DNA of 63,944 nucleotides, the filler included, from Octopus bimaculoides (Eukaryota), in the NCBI RefSeq assembly GCF_001194135.2. It is 8 parts of 7 records of this genome, joined end to end, with 100 filler letters (N's around TTAATTAATTAA, not from the genome) between each part and the next. Parts side by side here need not be neighbours in the genome. Positions count along the whole stretch, not along the records: positions 5,917 to 29,243 come from NC_068994.1; positions 29,344 to 48,768 come from NC_068988.1; 6 more parts are not named here. One strand, written 5' to 3'. The notes under the pieces are model-generated. The model did no database searches, was not told the origin of the DNA, and saw only the letters and a list, made by a program, of their open reading frames with translations. How positions within the stretch are numbered: the stretch's first letter is position 1; every line of letters begins with the position of its first letter. The translations under genes were made by a program, and so were the position numbers. Shown in pieces: positions 26,434-39,935 of this stretch.

Positions 26434-27068
26434 ACACACACACACACACACACACATTGCAATGGTGGAAAGATGAAACAACAAAATAATAAATAAATAA
26501 AGAAAGAAATAAGTAAATAAATAAATACAAAAGAGATAGCGACGAAAGAGATAGAGAAGATTGGCTAAGTAAGGAAATGGATGTTTAGATTACAGCTTGT
26601 GGCTTTAAGATGAGAATCATTAACAGTGAATGGTAGCGCTGTTAAAGTGGCTTTTTCGCTAACCAACATTTACTAAACCAAGTGGAAAGTCTGTCTTGTA
26701 TGAATGAGAAGGGGGAAAAACATATGTAATCTTATACACTGTATTATTACTGTTTGCTATTAAGACTTGCGTCGTAGACCTTGCAGATATTTCGCTTTAA
26801 CTAACAGCCATAGAAAACTGTTTACGAATAATAGTACTGTATGGACGATATGCATATCGTATATGTGTTTATGTACGTATCTATATTTATATATATGTGT
26901 GCGTGTGTGTGCGTATATGTGTGCTTGTATATATATATATGTGCGTGGGTGCGTGTGTATATATATATATTCATATATTCATATATATTTTCACATATAC
27001 GCATATATATATATATACGCACACACACACATATGCATACACATATACATTTATGTATTTACATATGC

Positions 27069-27109
<41 letters not shown>

Positions 27110-27868
27110 NNNNNNNNNNNNNNNNNNNNNNNNNNNNNNNNNNNNNNNNNNNNNNNNNNNNNNNNNNNNNNNNNNNNNNNNNNNNNNNNNNNNNNNNNNN
27201 NNNNNNNNNNNNNNNNNNNNNNNNNNNNNNNNNNNNNNNNNNNNNNNNNNNNNNNNNNNNNNNNNNNNNNNNNNNNNNNNNNNNNNNNNNNNNNNNNNNN
27301 NNNNNNNNNNNNNNNNNNNNNNNNNNNNNNNNNNNNNNNNNNNNNNNNNNNNNNNNNNNNNNNNNNNNNNNNNNNNNNNNNNNNNNNNNNNNNNNNNNNN
27401 NNNNNNNNNNNNNNNNNNNNNNNNNNNNNNNNNNNNNNNNNNNNNNNNNNNNNNNNNNNNNNNNNNNNNNNNNNNNNNNNNNNNNNNNNNNNNNNNNNNN
27501 NNNNNNNNNNNNNNNNNNNNNNNNNNNNNNNNNNNNNNNNNNNNNNNNNNNNNNNNNNNNNNNNNNNNNNNNNNNNNNNNNNNNNNNNNNNNNNNNNNNN
27601 NNNNNNNNNNNNNNNNNNNNNNNNNNNNNNNNNNNNNNNNNNNNNNNNNNNNNNNNNNNNNNNNNNNNNNNNNNNNNNNNNNNNNNNNNNNNNNNNNNNN
27701 NNNNNNNNNNNNNNNNNNNNNNNNNNNNNNNNNNNNNNNNNNNNNNNNNNNNNNNNNNNNNNNNNNNNNNNNNNNNNNNNNNNNNNNNNNNNNNNNNNNN
27801 NNNNNNNNNNNNNNNNNNNNNNNNNNNNNNNNNNNNNNNNNNNNNNNNNNNNNNNNNNNNNNNNNNNN

Positions 27869-27902
<34 letters not shown>

Positions 27903-28340
27903 ATATACATACACGCACACATATATATATACATAAATTTATATGCATATATGTGTGTGCATGCCTGTACTTGTTTGAGTCTGCATATATGTATATGCAT
28001 ACATACACACATGTATGCGTATATAGCTATAGTATATGTGTAATTACATGTGTACATACATACATCGATACATACACATATGCATAGATATATACATATA
28101 ACATATATATAAATACCTTTCTTCGTGTATGCAATTTTGTTTGTGTGCGTGCATGCTTGCGTGTGAAATAAACCGATATCTCTTGAAGTTTTTTCTATCG
28201 ACGGGTTATATATCTTCTACGCTATAGAGTCTAGCTTAGAATGTGAAGCATTACCTCTTCTACACGCAAAATAGTCTCACATCCAACGTGTGAATGAACG
28301 AAGCTTCTTTGTGATCGATGTTCTTACTAGAAAGGAACAT

Positions 28341-28460
28341 GGCTAAGTGGTTAGAGCATCGGGCTCACAATCCTGTGGTAGTGAGCTTGATTCCGGGACC
28401 GGGCTGTGTGTTGTGTTCTTGAGCAAGACACTATTTCACGTTGCCAGTTCACTCATCAAG
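28341..28460 (+). mobile_element. SINE head with CORE-like domain (truncated)
   Basis: tggctaagtggttagagc...ttgattcc...tgtgttgtgttcttgagcaagacactatttcacgttgc. Confidence 0.65.
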
Positions 28461-29021
28461 TCATCGAGCATACCTATCATCAAAGGCGTTCCAGTCGAGG
28501 CCAACCCATTTTTATGATTATTTATGACAACTATACCCAATACGATTTATCCATCTTAAGGAAGAACATGTGACTTAAAAGACATTTTGCTTCTATTTCT
28601 AGCAGGTCAAGTAACCACAGAGCTGTCTTCGTTTAATTGCTAGAATTAGCAGCCAAAATTCCGCCAGACCACATCATGTCGTCTTAAAAACGACAACACA
28701 CACTGGATGGTATTGTCCTAGAAAGGCTATGGCAGGAAAAAACAGGGCCATCTCCATAGGATTATAGGTCCCGGGCAAATGAATGAACTGAGTCTTATTG
28801 TACATATTTATAGACAGCAAGCCACAATACATAGGTCAGAATTGAGCTCCTAGATCCGTGATGCCCTCCCAGCAACTGCTCTGCGCGTCCATGCCTTAGG
28901 ACAGCCGTGATGGTCAGTAGCTGTCCATGCTTTTGATCATACGTCAACTCGATCAGGTCTGACCGGGAACTAAACAACGACTCAATATATATGGTAACCT
29001 TGGTTTATAAATAAATGAATG

Positions 29022-29186
29022 AGGCGCAGGAGTGACTGTGTGGTAAGTAGCTTGCTTACCAACCACATGGTTCCGGGTTCAGTCCCACTGCGTGGCACCT
29101 TGGGCAACTGTCTTCTACTATAGCCTCGGGCCGACCAAAGCCTTGTGAGTGAATTTGGTAGACGGAAACTGAACAGAAGCCAGTCG
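29022..29186 (+). mobile_element. SINE family A 5' half (tRNA-like head, CORE-like segment), running into microsatellite and gap
   Basis: tggctgtgtgg-like A box, ggttcagtcc B box, gcaccttgggcaa CORE-like motif; RC copy at 62643-62806. Confidence 0.8.
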
Positions 29187-29343
29187 TATATATGTATATA
29201 TATATATATATCTGCCTGATTATCTATCTATCTATCTATCTATNNNNNNNNNNNNNNNNNNNNNNNNNNNNNNNNNNNNNNNNNNNNTTAATTAATTAAN
29301 NNNNNNNNNNNNNNNNNNNNNNNNNNNNNNNNNNNNNNNNNNN

Positions 29344-29413
<70 letters not shown>

Positions 29414-29436
29414 TAGTATAGATAGATAGATAGATG

Positions 29437-29471
<35 letters not shown>

Positions 29472-29599
29472 GTATATATATGTATATGTATGTTTATATG
29501 TATACTAGCTGACGTACCCGGTAATTCCCGGGAATGCAGGGTTTATCCCTTGGGTTCGTTCTCATAATTGTCTCACTAATCCAATACCAACATTACAAA

Positions 29600-30648
29600 G
29601 AATGGAGCCCTTAGAATATTTCTTAACCTCAATTATCACCATCCATACAGTGTAAATAGAGGGATTGCTCAGTGCCTAAAACGCCGTGCAAAGAATATGT
29701 AAGTAGCGATCGTGATACACACCACGAAGAAATGATCAAGCTCAATAACGATCTGTTAAGTAACAACTACCCCAAAAGTATACTATCGTCTCCAATTATG
29801 AAGAAGAGAGAGGATGAGGCCAATAAACTGTCCACAATCTGTCTACCCTATATGAAAGGCCTCTCCGAAAAGATACAAAACATATGCGGCCCATATGACA
29901 TCAGGACAGTATTCAAGAGTAATACAACACTTCGTAAATATCTCCTTCGAGTAAAACCACCAATAAAGGAAAATATGACCAAAGACTGCGTGTACTCCAT
30001 CCCATGCAGCTGTGGTAGGTTATACAAAGGCGAAACAAGACACCCCCTCAAAATAAGGGTAGACGANNNNNNNNNNGTTATACAAAGGCGAAACAAGACA
30101 CCCCCTCAAAATAAGGGTAGACGAACATCGCAAAGCTGTGACACGAGATGTTGATAAATCGGTTATAGCTGACCATGTATAGAAAAATGGAGACCACCTC
30201 CCCACTATTAGATAAAGTAAAAATAATAGACAGAGAACACCATTGGAAAATACGAAAACTAAAAAGCAGCACAACAACCTCCTAAGTAGACCGAGTACAG
30301 ATATGAGTAGCATATGGGAACCGGTATTAAGGAAGGATAGAAAAATATTAGATATATAAGCCCTAAACTTCATTCCATAATTGCCCACGGGTATATGGCG
30401 TAGTGGTTAAAATCGCAGGCTACTAGTCCCAAGATTGGGAGTTTGAATTACAAGCAGTGACCTGAAAAATAATACTAATAATGATAATAATAATAACAAC
30501 AACAACAACATCAAACATACCTTAGGAATGAGAACCCAGGTCCGAAGTTTCCCCAAGACACCTGAAGAAGGCTGGAGGGTATATCAGACGAAACGTAGTG
30601 TTAACAACAAACAAGAGAAGATGTGGACAAATATCGGTCAAATAATGT
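29600..30648 (+). mobile_element. Penelope-like element, 5'-truncated: RT thumb, GIY-YIG endonuclease and 3' pseudo-LTR
   Basis: TICLPYMKGLSEKI...FKSNTTLRKYL...CVYSIPCSCGRLYKGETRHPLKIRVDEH is a PLE-type GIY-YIG; the upstream part overlaps the minus-strand copy at 39120-39250. Confidence 0.85.
30557..30602 (+). ncRNA. Minimal type I hammerhead ribozyme motif in PLE pseudo-LTR
   Basis: GACAC-CTGAAGA-A-GGCTGG AGGGTATA TCAGAC-GAAAC-GT-A-GTGTT: CUGANGA and GAAA core, stem I GACAC/GTGTT, stem II with one mismatch, palindromic ACGT stem III. Confidence 0.7.
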
Positions 30649-32103
30649 CTTACACAGGTTCTCGTTTTTAAGAATTCCCAGTAAGTTATGAATACCTAAA
30701 TTGTGAAATGTTATGTAAGAACATAAAATTAGTAATCCAATAGTAAGAATTCAAATCAAGTAGCACCGAATAGGGATTTAGTGCGTTCCTAGAGTATATA
30801 GAACATAGGAGGAAATACTAATAAGATATGTATACTAAAATCGTGAAGCATGTTACGTAATAGCAGGCTAATCAGATATGAGATAATAAAAATTCAAAGT
30901 AAATAACTCTGAAATGGGCTTTTGTGCGTTCCCAGAGAATATTACCTTCAGGGGCGCTAGTGTTGGTATATGCGCGAATAAGTCACAAATCGAAATAATT
31001 TGATTTATTGTTTAGGAAAATATTGTGAAAATAACTCTAACAGTTCAAATACTAACAAATGAGCGTACTCAATTTCATTTTTGCCAAATTTAGGAAATTG
31101 AATGGGTTATTTCCTTTGGCTATATATAAGGATCACTTCCAGGGTTATTTTCCTTAGTTTTTAAAATAAAATATTAGATATATATGAGGATACATTCTAG
31201 GGGCATTATGATCGATTTTACAAGAATGCAAGTATGCCATGAGGGTTCTAGACGTGATTTCTACTCATGTGCCTGGTTTCATCAAAATTGATACAACGAT
31301 GTAGAAGGAGTTAGCTAACAACTCCACAAACATATCCACAGACAGAATTTCTCACATATGTAGTACATAGATGGATATGTATATATATATATATATNNNN
31401 NNNNNNNNNNNNNNNNNNNNNNNNNNNNNNNNNNNNNNNNNNNNNNNNNNNNNNNNNNNNNNNNNNATGCGCACATACATACGTGCATTGTGTGTGTGTA
31501 TGTGTGTGTATGTGCTTCTTTAAACACATTCGCAAGACTAAATATTAAATATTTACTTTGACTCCATAATATAATAATTATCACTTTCATCTGATTTATC
31601 TGATTTATTTGAAATTTACCCGTGTGCCCATTTGCAGGTTTTAATTAAAAACCAGTTATGTAACATATAACTATTGAGTTGTTGGACTAAATGACATTGA
31701 ATGATGCATAAATTAGTATCCCTTTTGGTACGTGTACGCAGCTATTTTGATGTTTCTCACATGTGAAATTAACAATAGACTGGGCGTTGTTACACACATA
31801 TGCACAGCTACACCGCCACCATCACACACCTGTCACCTCATCTCACTCTCACAAACACGCACACACATTTCAAATCTGCCATAGGCTCACATGTAGATGC
31901 ATAAATCCAGCCACACATATCCACGCACAAACATTTGACATCGTCTCTCACCTCCCTCTCACGTTCTTGCAGCTTATACAGGGTGCAGGTAATATAGCAG
32001 TAATATTCAACAGCCATATTAGTGTGGCGATTCACTTTATTGCTAGCATAGTCACTACTCTCATCTCCTATTGAGATTTTGCAACTAGCTATTAGCTTCT
32101 TTG

Positions 32104-32137
<34 letters not shown>

Positions 32138-33069
32138 NNNNNNNNNNNNNNNNNNNNNNNNNNNNNNNNNNNNNNNNNNNNNNNNNNNNNNNNNNNNNNN
32201 NNNNNNNNNNNNNNNNNNNNNNNNNNNNNNNNNNNNNNNNNNNNNNNNNNNNNNNNNNNNNNNNNNNNNNNNNNNNNNNNNNNNNNNNNNNNNNNNNNNN
32301 NNNNNNNNNNNNNNNNNNNNNNNNNNNNNNNNNNNNNNNNNNNNNNNNNNNNNNNNNNNNNNNNNNNNNNNNNNNNNNNNNNNNNNNNNNNNNNNNNNNN
32401 NNNNNNNNNNNNNNNNNNNNNNNNNNNNNNNNNNNNNNNNNNNNNNNNNNNNNNNNNNNNNNNNNNNNNNNNNNNNNNNNNNNNNNNNNNNNNNNNNNNN
32501 NNNNNNNNNNNNNTATATATATAAAAATTAAGATCCAGAAAATGGAGAAGTAACGTTACTATAATTTATTAACTGCAAATATTCAACATCCTCACTAACA
32601 GCTGTTTCGATTATGCTCAAATGAATATATGTATATCTACATATATTAAGTATATGTACATATAACATATACGGGTATATGTATATGGAAAACTATGTGC
32701 TAAATATAATTTTTTTTTTCAATTATGTATTAATGCTTAAATATGTATAGATACATGAATGAGTATGTGTGTGTGTGTATATACGTGCATATATGCATAT
32801 ATTGCTACGTATATGTATATATTATTACCTAGAAGTGTATATCTTGGATGTGTATGCGTGCATATCAGTGTATACATGTGTGTATGTACATGTACTATGA
32901 TTATTTTATACTTTATATATATATTTCATATTAATTCAAACAATTTCATAATAAAATTATAGAAGTAATTAGCGATCCCTCATTCATGTGGTGCTATTTT
33001 TATTATAACTCACTATCTAACATATATTTACCAGTTATTGCCCTTATAGGACCAATTACTCCTGGGCAG

Positions 33070-33615
33070 GTCTTATACCAATATAAGTAACTAAAAGAGA
33101 TTCAGTCTGTAGAATTTGATCACAGAGGGCTGCAATCAGAAAACCACTACTTTCAAAAACAAACGTCGCAAAATGTTTAGAGTCGAGTAAAAACCTACAG
33201 AATTGGTCCCTAGTGCACTGGATGAATGTTATTTTCTCGGACAAGACATTCTTTACCTCATTTCCGACCACCGGCCGAGTATACGTGTTGAGACAGTCAA
33301 CAGAAGCATTTGACCCAACTGGATCTGGGGTGGGGTGCTTTATCTTGGAAATCCGCAGGCCCAATGGTCTCCCTTCATGACAGAATTAATAGTTAAGACA
33401 ATTTAAGCATTTTATCTGATCAAATTCCATCTATGGTTGCGGAACTGTAGCAACCACATTCTCCAGATCTCAATATTATTGAACATTTATGGTGCACTTT
33501 AGAAACACAAGTAATGAGTGGATATCCTTCACCATCATCACTACAAGAACTGGAAACTGTTTTAGCTGAAGAATGGAAAGAAATTCCTTTGGAAACAATT
33601 CAAACTTTGTACGTA
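33070..33615 (+). mobile_element. Internally deleted relic of the same Tc1-type family as 57493-58766
   Basis: Shares gaagcatttgaccca, atggtctcccttcatg-cagaattaatagt, PHSPDLNIIEHLW, LAEEWKEIPLETIQTLY with the longer copy. Confidence 0.75.
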
Positions 33616-34439
33616 CAATTATATGCATACCTACATGCATGCACGCATACATACATACATGCGTGTATGAATGATTGCTTATACATGCACACACATTGCA
33701 ATTTTAAATATATATGAAAATAAATACCTTTCAGTTTTATTTACTTTATATCAAACCAACATATTTGCGTTTTCCTAGGTTTTGTTTCAATACCATTTAT
33801 GCATCCTAGCACTTAACCGTTGAATCGATTTCCTAAATTATCTTTAATGATGCATAAACTGATTTCCTTTGGTCGATTACTGCTATTTCGATGCTGCACG
33901 TAATTGAGATGATTTAAAAATTGAGTGTAAGTTGTTAAACGCATGAGAATGATGTAATTCTCAAAGCACTTCACAATCTGCAATAATCTAGTTTTGCATT
34001 ATAATTATTAAGACATTCATAAAAATGTACCTAGCTATAGAAATCGAAGTAGCGAGCAGAGTGGGTAAACGTAACAGATTGTATATTTATCTTATGATGC
34101 AGCTCAGCTGTTTAACTTCATCTATAAACACACTAATACACTGAAGTCCAAGAAACAGTTCTTGTTCTAGGAATTTCAACAATGTTTCACTGTAGACATC
34201 TCTATAACATTCTGACGTTGGAACGATGTAAGCAAAACAGAAATAACATTAGTATACCACTTACCCGTTCTCTTTATACTTTGTAGGTGTCAGGGGGGGG
34301 GGGGAAATCGACGTAACGTTGTAGTATTTGTTACGAGGTAGTCTTTAACTTCCATTTTTCTTGGGGTTCGATAAAATATCAGTATCAGTGTCTCCCATGC
34401 TAGCGAACACATTAGGTAATCCAATCGTTGCTACTAGTT

Positions 34440-35900
34440 TCTCTTAGCTGCGGTTTTCTCTGGTCTTCTCTTTCCTTTTCGCTCCGATAGTGTCTATTTC
34501 AAACCTGGTTCAGAATGGTGATTTTCTGATAGCCGGAATATGACTTGCTAGTTTTATACTTCAGAAGTAACAATTACACCAAGTGTTCTTGTTTTGACTT
34601 TTTTATGCTATGTCTCCAATAGATTTGTAGATTTGCCAGTACATTATCAGTATCAATTTCAAACACGTTTGATAGAACACATACATATGGCTTCCGTTTC
34701 CATTTCGCTTTACTCTAATATGTCGCATAGGGTTTGAGTGTTTTGGAGCGAACCATACTATGATAGAGTCAGGTCTTTGTGTAGGGGCTAATGTTGTTGA
34801 AGAGGTAAACAGCGCAGTTTCTCTGGAATACGGCTGCAGCTTTGTCAATTCCATGGTTATCGTCAGTCTCAATATTGGTATTTTTATACATGATGCTATC
34901 CGGATAGGTTAATTTTTCTTACATCTATTATACATCGTTATTTTGCAGATTAATTTCAAATTTTGGCACAAAGCCAGCAATTTTAGCAGAAGTAGGTAAG
35001 TCGATCACATGAAAGGCAAAGTCGACCTGTGCGGAATTTCGTCACAGAACATAAAGACGGATGATATGACGCTAAGCATTTACTCGGTGTGCTAACAATT
35101 CTGCAATCTTGAAGCCTTGATACTTTGTAAATTGATTGATGTTCGAAGGTCATCTAAAGTAATGCTCATTGTTTTGATCTCCTTCACACTGATTCTTAGA
35201 CCAATATTTCCAGCATTTCGTTCTATATGATATGAGCTGCTGGATGTTTTTTTATTATCTTCAGCGAACAGGTTAATATCATCAGCAAACTTGAGATCTT
35301 TCAGTCTTGTATATGCTTTTTCTATATATTCCTTTCTCCGGTATATTGCTTGTTTTGTTTAGGACAAAGTCTACTACCAGTGAGAACAGAAAAGGGGCGA
35401 AACAAAGCATTTCTTTGTCTTACTTCAGTAATATTGTCGATGACGTCTTTTTCCTCAGTTTCCGTTCGAACATAGCATAGAAAATTTGAGTAAAATATTT
35501 TAAAGATATTTACAAAGCATCATGGAGTATCATAGGGCAAAGCGATTCTTTACACGGACTTTCAGTAGACACTATAAAATTTATTTTTAAAGTCAATAGA
35601 ATTTAGCTTCTGTGATATTAGATGTTCAACCTGCTGTGCAGTTATATTCTTGAGTGTGACGATTTACTGAACACAGAATACGTTGTTGTGAAATCCATTT
35701 TTGTTCTCTAGTACAAAGTCAACAGCCTCTCCCAGCCTGTTTAGAAATGCTGCACAGAAAACATTCCCAGGAACTAAAAGCCAGTTATTGAAATTGGACA
35801 GGTCACTCTTATTCTGAAGTTGCACAGTAATTGTCTGGCCAACACTCTTACTCCTTCTGCAACACAAAAGGGTGATATGTGCTGAGTAGATTGTGGTGCG
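34440..35900 (-). mobile_element. Decayed RTE-clade LINE (RT and C-terminal region), interrupted by a SINE remnant at ~34960-35115
   Basis: KSDLSNFNNW..VPGNVFCAAFLNRLGEAVD (RT start), DLKFADDINLF (catalytic), IDKAAAVFQ...TK..LY (post-RT). Confidence 0.65.
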
Positions 35901-35959
35901 CAAATCACCAGGTTTGGATTGTTTGCGCTATGAGCTATATGTCTATATACCACACTTAT

Positions 35960-37750
35960 TTACTCTCATTTTAGCAACTATCCACTGTAGATGGTAAACA
36001 GACTGGGAGTATTTTCAGTCGATTAAGCCGGGGAGTGACACTACTGGAAAATGATCATAACAAGGGAACGTGATTGAAAATTTCAAACCCCTAACTATGC
36101 TCAACACAGAGTTAAAGGTTTTAGCAAAAATACTCCACAAGAGTCTCACACTCGCCAGTAGTACAGTCAGAGATGTATATGCCTCTACGAAACCTGGCGG
36201 ATCTCACCACGATAACTTGCGATGTAAAATGTAACGGAAGTAGATCTGACTTTGTTAGAGTACTGGTCAATGCGTATCAGTCCAAGGCATTTGATACAGT
36301 AAACCATCGTTAAATGGCAGCTGTTCAAGGAGCTGTCAGTCTGGGTCCAACTTTCAGAACTGCGTGTGCATACACGAGAGACATCACTCATGTCGGACAC
36401 TCCAGATATAGATTTTGTTGTCAATATACTGATAGAGTATCAGTTATGCATTTGAGCACATACAAACCAGGACAAATCTGTGTGTTAGCAACTAGGCTCT
36501 AGGAGAAGAAAGTTCATGTTGATCTGCGGTGATTTCTGTTGCTGGACTGAGAATCTGATGAAACTGTTAGGAACCTCGTTCATGCCAGACTTCCAGGTGG
36601 AAAGGAAGTGGGGATAGATCAAGAGCAAGATACAAATATTATGCAGAAATGGGCTGGGAATAAGCTGTGCCTGAAAGGCCATACCGAAAGAGAAAATGCA
36701 CGTATCGCCTATGATCGACACAACTTAACCCGAGAAATCTCTGACCTGACTTGAACGCTTAACATTCCGACTCTTATTCAAGGGGCATGTTCTACTGCTC
36801 AAGAAATCCATCTGCTGGTGTGTCGTCATTAATGGTGCCATATTCGATGGTGCATTAGCGTGGGCTAAAGCTGTCGTATCTGCTGAAATAGCCAGAATCC
36901 TGTGATACTATCAAAGACGGCGGCGAAAACAAGGGTGAACTGGTGAATGCATATTTCGAGTGAGATGTTTTGTTCCTTCACCAGTCAATTGTAGATCATT
37001 ATTGAGCGTTTAAGATCTACAATGTAACCAGATGCTCATAACAGTCTACTAATAGGATCAAGCCCTTAGCGGGAAAACAACTCAAAATATCTATAGCAGG
37101 TTAGTTGAGAATGTATGTTACGTTGGCTTGAGATTGGTGTTGGGCATCGACTGCAATAGTGGCTTCTCCTGGGGTAATTTTAGATCAGATATTGTGGATA
37201 GTTTACCAAGTCGTTGGTAAGGCAGTACTAACTGTTAGGGCTAAAGTTTTCAGGCACTGAAGCGCACACTACCAAACCTATCCGAGTTGAATTCTGTGAG
37301 ACGAGTAGTCCTGCACACAATCGTTCAGTATCCGTAATTTAGCAACTTGTAGGCTTGTGTCTAGCCGCTGCTGTCTGGTGTATGACGAATCTAGCTCTCC
37401 AGCCTGTGTAGCTTTAACATCAATGTGTTACCTCTCTTTAACAGAGAAGGCACGAACATCTGCGTGGTTTCTGTGGAGAAAGAGGCTGTCACATGGAATC
37501 GTCTGGAAAGCTTGATGACAGGCTGTCTAGTCTGTCTTTTTCAAGTTGTCATCAATTTCTTCAAGCACCATTTGGAGAAAAAGTTGAAGGTAAAGAGGTT
37601 TGTGCTGCCGTCGTAAGTGTTTGTAGAGGGCTAGATAAGAGTGACAAGCGTGTTGAGGCTGAATGTGTGCCCACTGTGTATGCTTTTATGAGTTGGAGGA
37701 AAGAAACTAGAAGAGGACATAACCGATATCTTCAATACGCAGAGTAATCT
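35960..37750 (+). mobile_element. Decayed L1/Tx1-type LINE ORF2 (RT to C-terminus)
   Basis: NVIENFKPLTMLNTELKVLAKIL, QSKAFDTVNHR...LGPTFR, and terminal NFFKHHLEKKLKVKR; many stops and frameshifts. Confidence 0.6.
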
Positions 37751-38149
37751 TTGAATTTTTGAGTGGATTTTACCTCGAATTACACTATGTGGACTACTCC
37801 TATTTTAGGGATCGAATAACTAAGTTAAAAGTTTGCATTTCTTTGACTTCTTCGCAAAAAAAATACGCTTTAAGTCTATCATACAATTCTTGTCGAGTTT
37901 CTCAAAAAGTTACGTCGAATATTTGAACACGGAATTGAAGTTATCTGAAAGGCGCAGATTGACAGATTCATTTGGCAAACCGATGCCATCACACATGTAT
38001 CTACACAATCGTTCCGATCGCCCTCCTCAAATAAATAAGTCAAATTCTAAATCCCACATTTTGAGGATAAAACGGATTTGTAGTTGGTACAAATTACTGT
38101 AAATATGCAGATGCATTTGCACGTCATTATGTCAATCGCGGTTATAATG

Positions 38150-38345
38150 CTTTCTACTATAGGCACAAGGCCTGGAATTTTTGAGGGAGGGAGATAGTCG
38201 ATTGCATTGACCCAGTATTCAACTGGCACTTAATTTATTGACTACGAAAGGATGAAAAGTAAAGTCATCCTCGATGGTAGGGGCTGACGAAATAGCACTA
38301 AGCATTTCGCCCGGCATTCTAGCAATTCTGCCACCTCGCCGCCTT
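38150..38345 (-). mobile_element. SINE family C
   Basis: RC begins aaggcggcgaggtggcagaattgctag...ccgggcgaaatgcttag; tail ggccttgtgcctatagtagaa. Confidence 0.7.
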
Positions 38346-38898
38346 CAAATGCGGTTATAATGAATCACGATTAAAGGAAATCTCGAATGACAGCTAAAAT
38401 TAGCAATGAATTTCGGTCTTTCACACCAAATATTAGCAGTCAAAGTAAAATGCACGACTAAATGAATTTAGTGATTTACTTGTTACAAAATTTCGCTGAC
38501 ATTTCGAAACTGTGATCAGGAAATTTAACAACATATTTCAGGGAACCTTTCTCGTTTAGAGCAAATTTCTTCCTCCACCTATTATAGTTCTTAGGCGCAA
38601 TAAAAACATTAGAGAATTATAAACCAGTACCTCTAATAAGAATAGATATTCTTTTTGGGCTTCTGAATGCTATATCAGAAGAGGTAAGCCCTGTTATTTA
38701 TACATCAGGAGTCAAATCAACTACACCAGAAATGATGACAGGAATGGCATGATTTATACAGAAGGTGGGGTTTGTAAAGATGCCCATTTGATACACGCAA
38801 CGGAATGCACCAAAAACAATTTGATGCATGTTGGTCGCATAACAGAAAAATAAAGAACAGCTTCAATAAGCATAGGTATGATGCTAGGCACAATAATA

Positions 38899-39868
38899 GT
38901 ACATTATTTACATTTGACAAATATTTGTTCTCATCTTGTTTGTTGTTAACAAAACATTTCGGCTAATATACCCTTCAGCCTTCATCAGGTGTCTTGAGGA
39001 AACTTCGAACCTGGATTCTCATTCCTAAGCTATTTTTCGATGTTATTGTTATTATTCAGGTCACTGCCTGGAATCGAACTCAGAATCTTGGGGTTAAGTT
39101 AGTTTTGGGGGTAGTTGTTACTTAATAGATTGTTACTTAGCTTGATCATTTCTTCGTGGTGTGTATCACAATCACTTCTTATATTTTTTGCTCAATGTTT
39201 TAGGCACTGAGCAATCCATCTCTTTACACTGCATGGATAGTGGGAATTGAAGTTGGGGTATCGTCCAGTGAAGGTCGGCTTGCGGTATACGGATGTCCTG
39301 AATCCATACTTGGTGCGTGTTATTAATACGTCCAGAAATGCTAGCTGATTGTGTTTTTCCTTTTCCATTGTGAACTGTATGGATGGTTTTATTGAGTTCA
39401 CATGATCTAAGCGCACTATGACATCTTCCTGGTGTGGCCAGTGTATAAAGGTGTCATCAATATATCGCAGCCATAGGGTTGGTTTTAGTGGTGTTGATCC
39501 AAAAGGCACATTCTCAATGTAATCCATGTAAATATTGTCTATTATCGATATAATGGCGAACGCATAGCTAAGCCCTCTTCTGGTCGATATGTATACCAGT
39601 ATCCATACTGAAGTAGGTAGTTTCAACACAGAAGGTCAACATTTCCATCAGGTTTCTTATTGGTATGCTAGTACGTTCTTTTAGAGGGGTGCCTGTCACT
39701 CGTTTTTCTTGAATCACCGATAGTGCTTTACCAGTTGGGACTTTGGTGAACAGACTTCTCACATCTAGACTCACCATCTGGTTGGATTCAATGGGGGTAT
39801 CCTTGATCAATTCTGTGAAGTGGGTAGAATTCTTCAGGTACGATGTTGACGTTCCTGCTAATGGACTG

Positions 39869-39935
<67 letters not shown>

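Noticed and set aside
30020-30124. 47-bp direct duplication inside the GIY-YIG region
   Set aside because: The two copies sit on either side of a short N gap; best explained by unmerged overlapping contig ends.
38588-38690. Open segment ending in GAG|GTAAGC (FLGAIKTLENYKPVPLIRIDILFGLLNAISEE)
   Set aside because: Weak acceptor, and ENYKPVPL resembles the LINE RT NYRPI motif; not distinguishable from a retroelement scrap.
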